DNA of 64,000 nucleotides. It comes from Candidatus Enterousia sp. (GTDB lineage: Bacteria > Pseudomonadota > Alphaproteobacteria > Rs-D84). Location of the stretch: contig JAZQCF010000004.1 of assembly GCA_045546075.1 (NCBI GenBank), positions 104,661-168,660 on the forward strand, in the 5' to 3' direction. A model generated the notes under the pieces. That model saw only the letters and a list, made by a program, of their open reading frames with translations. It was not told the DNA's origin and searched no databases. The translations under genes and the position numbers were made by a program. This document shows positions 60,588 through 64,000 of this stretch, one piece after another. Positions within the stretch are counted from its first letter, which is position 1. Every line of letters starts with the position of its first letter.

Positions 60588-62026
60588 TGAAAAAATTATT
60601 TTTGGGATATCTTGTTCGTTTTCTTATTGGCGCAATCGCGTTGGGGATTGGCATTTGGTATGTTAGTTCTTCATTAAGTAACGCATCTATTACGTATACC
60701 AGTATGGATGGTTTCCTTAAATCCATTGGTGCCACAGACGGAAATATTGCATCCGCAAATGGATGTTTCCTGTGCGGATATGTTAATGATTTGTTCACGG
60801 TTTTAGGTGTGGCCGCAGAAAAATTCTGGGCCGTAATTCTGGACAATCTGTGGATATTGATGGTGTTCGGTTTTGGAATATTTATTGTTATTCATACAAT
60901 CAAATATATTACCAAGGCAATGACCGAGACCGGCGCATTTGACACCAAAGAAAAAAAGTTAGAATTTGCACCTTGGTTTGATACGGTTTGGCGGCAAGGC
61001 GTGCGCGTCATGATTGTTGGCGCGTTGATTGGGGCATTTGGTATGGGTGGAATTTCATCAATCAAAACGCTTTCAAATGTAACCATTGCGCCGGTAATGT
61101 ATATCGGCACAGAATTATCAATGGCCGCAACAAACGTGTCCGATTCAACAAAATGCGTCCCGACCAAGTTTGATATGGAAAATCCAATGGCACCGATTGC
61201 GAATTCTTTTATGTGTATTGTTGGCAACATAAATACCGTTATGTTGGCCGGTGCGGCCGGTGGATTCGCATTGATGAATTATGCGTGGATGGGAATTGGT
61301 GGCGGCGTATTCACATGGGTTGCCGGTTTATTGATTGTTATAATGTTTGTGGTGATGGGGTTTGATTTATTCTTTCAAATATTATCCATTATTTTCAAAT
61401 TGGTGTTTTTAATTATATTCTTGCCGTTGATTGTTGCCGCATCGGCATTTGAAAAAACCTGGAATATGGCATCGTCTGCATTAAAGAATTCTATTACGAT
61501 GTTGGTTGATTCGGCGATTAAGGTCATCGGCATTTCATTAAAGGTTATTATAATATTTGCAATTATATCTTTTGCCGGGAACGAGATTTTCCACGGTGCC
61601 GGTCTGTTTCCGCCACTGTTGGGCGCAGAACAAACAACAACCGATGAAGCATTATCGGTGAAAAATACTTTTTCAATATGCGAAGCCCAATCGACAAACG
61701 CCGATGGCAAAATTGATAAAGACGCATTCAAGAATTGTTTTATCGCGCGCAAGGCCGTTGTTGAGGCGCGTTACCCCGGCGCATTTGATTTTATGCGTGA
61801 TGGATTCGGTTTCTTGATTTTGATGGCGGGTTTGGTGTTTATTTATTTCTATATAATAAGTCCGCGCATCGATAAAATTATGGTCAGTGTTCCACCATTT
61901 GAACCATTTAATAAATCCAATGGTGCGGGCGGTGTTGATGATTTTGGGGGCGACCTTAAAAAACTGGCCAAAATGACGTGGCAAAAACCCCAGGAATTGG
62001 CAGACAAATTGATAAACAAAAAATGA
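60587..62026 (+). CDS. VirB6/TrbL-like polytopic membrane protein
   Basis: CFLC, FKLVFLIIFLPL....AFEKT; TAATG overlap. Confidence 0.65.
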   Translation: MKKLFLGYLVRFLIGAIALGIGIWYVSSSLSNASITYTSMDGFLKSIGATDGNIASANGCFLCGYVNDLFTVLGVAAEKFWAVILDNLWILMVFGFGIFIVIHTIKYITKAMTETGAFDTKEKKLEFAPWFDTVWRQGVRVMIVGALIGAFGMGGISSIKTLSNVTIAPVMYIGTELSMAATNVSDSTKCVPTKFDMENPMAPIANSFMCIVGNINTVMLAGAAGGFALMNYAWMGIGGGVFTWVAGLLIVIMFVVMGFDLFFQILSIIFKLVFLIIFLPLIVAASAFEKTWNMASSALKNSITMLVDSAIKVIGISLKVIIIFAIISFAGNEIFHGAGLFPPLLGAEQTTTDEALSVKNTFSICEAQSTNADGKIDKDAFKNCFIARKAVVEARYPGAFDFMRDGFGFLILMAGLVFIYFYIISPRIDKIMVSVPPFEPFNKSNGAGGVDDFGGDLKKLAKMTWQKPQELADKLINKK

Positions 62027-63324
62027 AGACATTTATAAAAAGATTTTTATCATTTATTTGCATCGCGATTTTTGCGGCATCGTTTGTTGCGCCGGCCAAT
62101 GCAGTAACGGTTGGAAATATCGCAACGGGTGACATTGGCGAATATGGAACATGGACAACCGACCACAATCGCGAAGTAATGTTGGGAAACGTACAAAATG
62201 ATTTGAATGAATTTGAATCTAATTTTGGTAGTGAATATGTAAAAACCGGTGTCCCGATTGAGGCGCGCATTGGAATCGTATTTATTCGCGCGTTGGATTA
62301 TGTATCAAAAATTTTGGATAGTTCTTTGGTGCGATTTGTGAATATATTTTTGGTTGTCGCATTTATGTTTTGGGTTATGTTGTTGGCATATCAAATGATT
62401 ACAGACGGCGGAAAGACAAAACCAATGGCCGCATTCCAAGATATTGTAAAAAAGGGTGCAACATTGGCCATATGGTTGATTTTGTTGGGTGGTGGAATTC
62501 AATGGTTCTTTGGTGCGATTATGGGGCCGATATTTGGATTTTCTTCATACGTATCAAATTTGATTTTGAATGCGACAACCCATGCGGGCGGATTTGCGTT
62601 GGCCGATAACTGCGCGGCAATTCACGCATACGCGACATCGCACATCGGTGCGAATTCAATCTTTACACCGGATTTTGCCGCGAACATAATGTGCGTGCCG
62701 GCACGGCTGTCGGGATTTTATTATGGCGCAATCAAGTTCGGTTGGGGATTGGTATTGTCGGGCCTGGGGACCAGTACGTTCACATTACTGGTTGGTTTAA
62801 TACTGGTGTGCTTATTTATATACACGGCATATAAGTTTATATTTGTTGCATTTGGTGTTATCGCGGATTTATTCTTGATTATAGTAATGTTGCCGTTTAC
62901 CGCAATCGCCGAAACCGTTAGCAAAACATCATACAAGGGTATCGCCGGCGACATATACAATGCGTTTTTGGGCCTGTTCAAATCACAAAACCTGTCGTCC
63001 CAGGTAAGAAAGTTTGTTGATGCGGCAATTTATTTTATATCTTTGTCTATTATAATATCTATTGCGGGCGCATTGTTGGCATCGGCAATACAGTTAAATT
63101 CACAAACGCATTTAATAACAATATATAATGGCGATGTTGTTACATTATTGCTTACGGGGGCCTTGGTCGCGTACATTGCCACGCACGCCGAAGAATTCGC
63201 AAAGTCTATTGGTGGTGCAATCGATTATGCAATCGGGTCTGATTTACAGAAAGATTTGAAAACCGTATATAACGATACCAAGAAAAAAGCAGAAGCATTT
63301 ATCAAGGCGTTAAAGAAAAAATAA
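62023..63324 (+). CDS. VirB6/TrbL-like polytopic membrane protein
   Basis: Multi-TM, IADLFLIIVMLPF; ATGA overlap. Confidence 0.65.
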   Translation: MKTFIKRFLSFICIAIFAASFVAPANAVTVGNIATGDIGEYGTWTTDHNREVMLGNVQNDLNEFESNFGSEYVKTGVPIEARIGIVFIRALDYVSKILDSSLVRFVNIFLVVAFMFWVMLLAYQMITDGGKTKPMAAFQDIVKKGATLAIWLILLGGGIQWFFGAIMGPIFGFSSYVSNLILNATTHAGGFALADNCAAIHAYATSHIGANSIFTPDFAANIMCVPARLSGFYYGAIKFGWGLVLSGLGTSTFTLLVGLILVCLFIYTAYKFIFVAFGVIADLFLIIVMLPFTAIAETVSKTSYKGIAGDIYNAFLGLFKSQNLSSQVRKFVDAAIYFISLSIIISIAGALLASAIQLNSQTHLITIYNGDVVTLLLTGALVAYIATHAEEFAKSIGGAIDYAIGSDLQKDLKTVYNDTKKKAEAFIKALKKK

Positions 63325-63328
63325 TTTA

Positions 63329-64000
63329 TTAATCAATTATTTTTATAAAATCACGTGCAACTTTTTTAATTCCGGTTTTATTAAACGCAATGGTCAATAT
63401 ATTTTCGTTTTCTTCGATGACAACGCCGCGGCCCATTTCGGCGTGTATAACCAATTTACCAACCATTGTTGTATGCACGGGTTTTGTGTGCGGTGTGTAT
63501 GTACGCGCGGGCGCGACTTGCCGTGGCGCACCGCCGCCAAAGTCCAAATATCGCGCATCCATTTCCGCAATAAATCGTGCCGGCGGATAATATTGTCGCG
63601 AACCAAATATAACGCGGGACACGGTGTTTGTAATTATAACACGACGGCGGGCACGCGTAATTGCAACATATGCCAACCGGCGTTCTTCTTCCATTCCGCC
63701 TTCTTTGATAGATTTGTCATTTGGGAAAATTCCGTCCTCCCATGCGGGCAAAAATACGGTGTCAAATTCCAATCCTTTGGCGGCGTGAATTGTCATAACA
63801 TTTACCGCCGTGGTGCCATCTGGGGTTTCGGCATCGTTTTCATCGGTTGTCATCAATGCAGCGTGTTCCAAAAATTCCGGTAATGTATCATAATTTGAAA
63901 TTACATTTGTTATCAATTCACGAATATTGGTCAGCCGTTCTTCGGCATCGCTATCTTTGGATTCATTCCAATATTTCATATAGCCCGATTCATTTAATAA
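63329..64000 (-). CDS. uvrD: UvrD/PcrA helicase, C-terminal part (truncated by window)
   Basis: MTIHAAKGLEF, EEERRLAYVAITRA, C-terminal V.H...G.G Tudor-like domain. Confidence 0.93.
   Translation of the reverse strand, partial: LLNESGYMKYWNESKDSDAEERLTNIRELITNVISNYDTLPEFLEHAALMTTDENDAETPDGTTAVNVMTIHAAKGLEFDTVFLPAWEDGIFPNDKSIKEGGMEEERRLAYVAITRARRRVIITNTVSRVIFGSRQYYPPARFIAEMDARYLDFGGGAPRQVAPARTYTPHTKPVHTTMVGKLVIHAEMGRGVVIEENENILTIAFNKTGIKKVARDFIKIID

Overview
A 64-kb bacterial chromosomal segment with mostly housekeeping content. Gene content and order point to Alphaproteobacteria, and it most resembles a reduced, fast-evolving uncultured gut lineage such as Rs-D84/'Ca. Enterousia' (taxon is inference). 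Housekeeping blocks: tRNA-Trp-secE-nusG-rplKAJL-rpoBC-rpmF-plsX, fabH-ihfA, gyrA-merR, rpmH, rpmE-suhB, mrcA-mliC-mraY-ftsW-murG, dac-recR-rsmA-kef-lspA-yidC and a partial uvrD. Accessory features: (i) a scattered Rickettsiales-style type IV secretion system, with virB8, a virB9-SPOR fusion, an enlarged virB10 and five VirB6-like paralogs; (ii) several secreted Cys-rich or fibre-like proteins, one bracketed by REP palindromes and one behind a ~250-nt structured leader; (iii) a ~3.3-kb integrase-free islet at tRNA-Glu, bounded by 23-bp direct repeats, encoding an SF2 helicase fused to six ~74-aa HTH-like repeats with hypervariable positions (best candidate for a novel system); (iv) a dispersed family of TTAGTGG-heptamer elements that supply stop codons and carry hairpin cargo; (v) an apparently catalytically dead SuhB. 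No CRISPR array, rRNA, transposase or integrase was seen.
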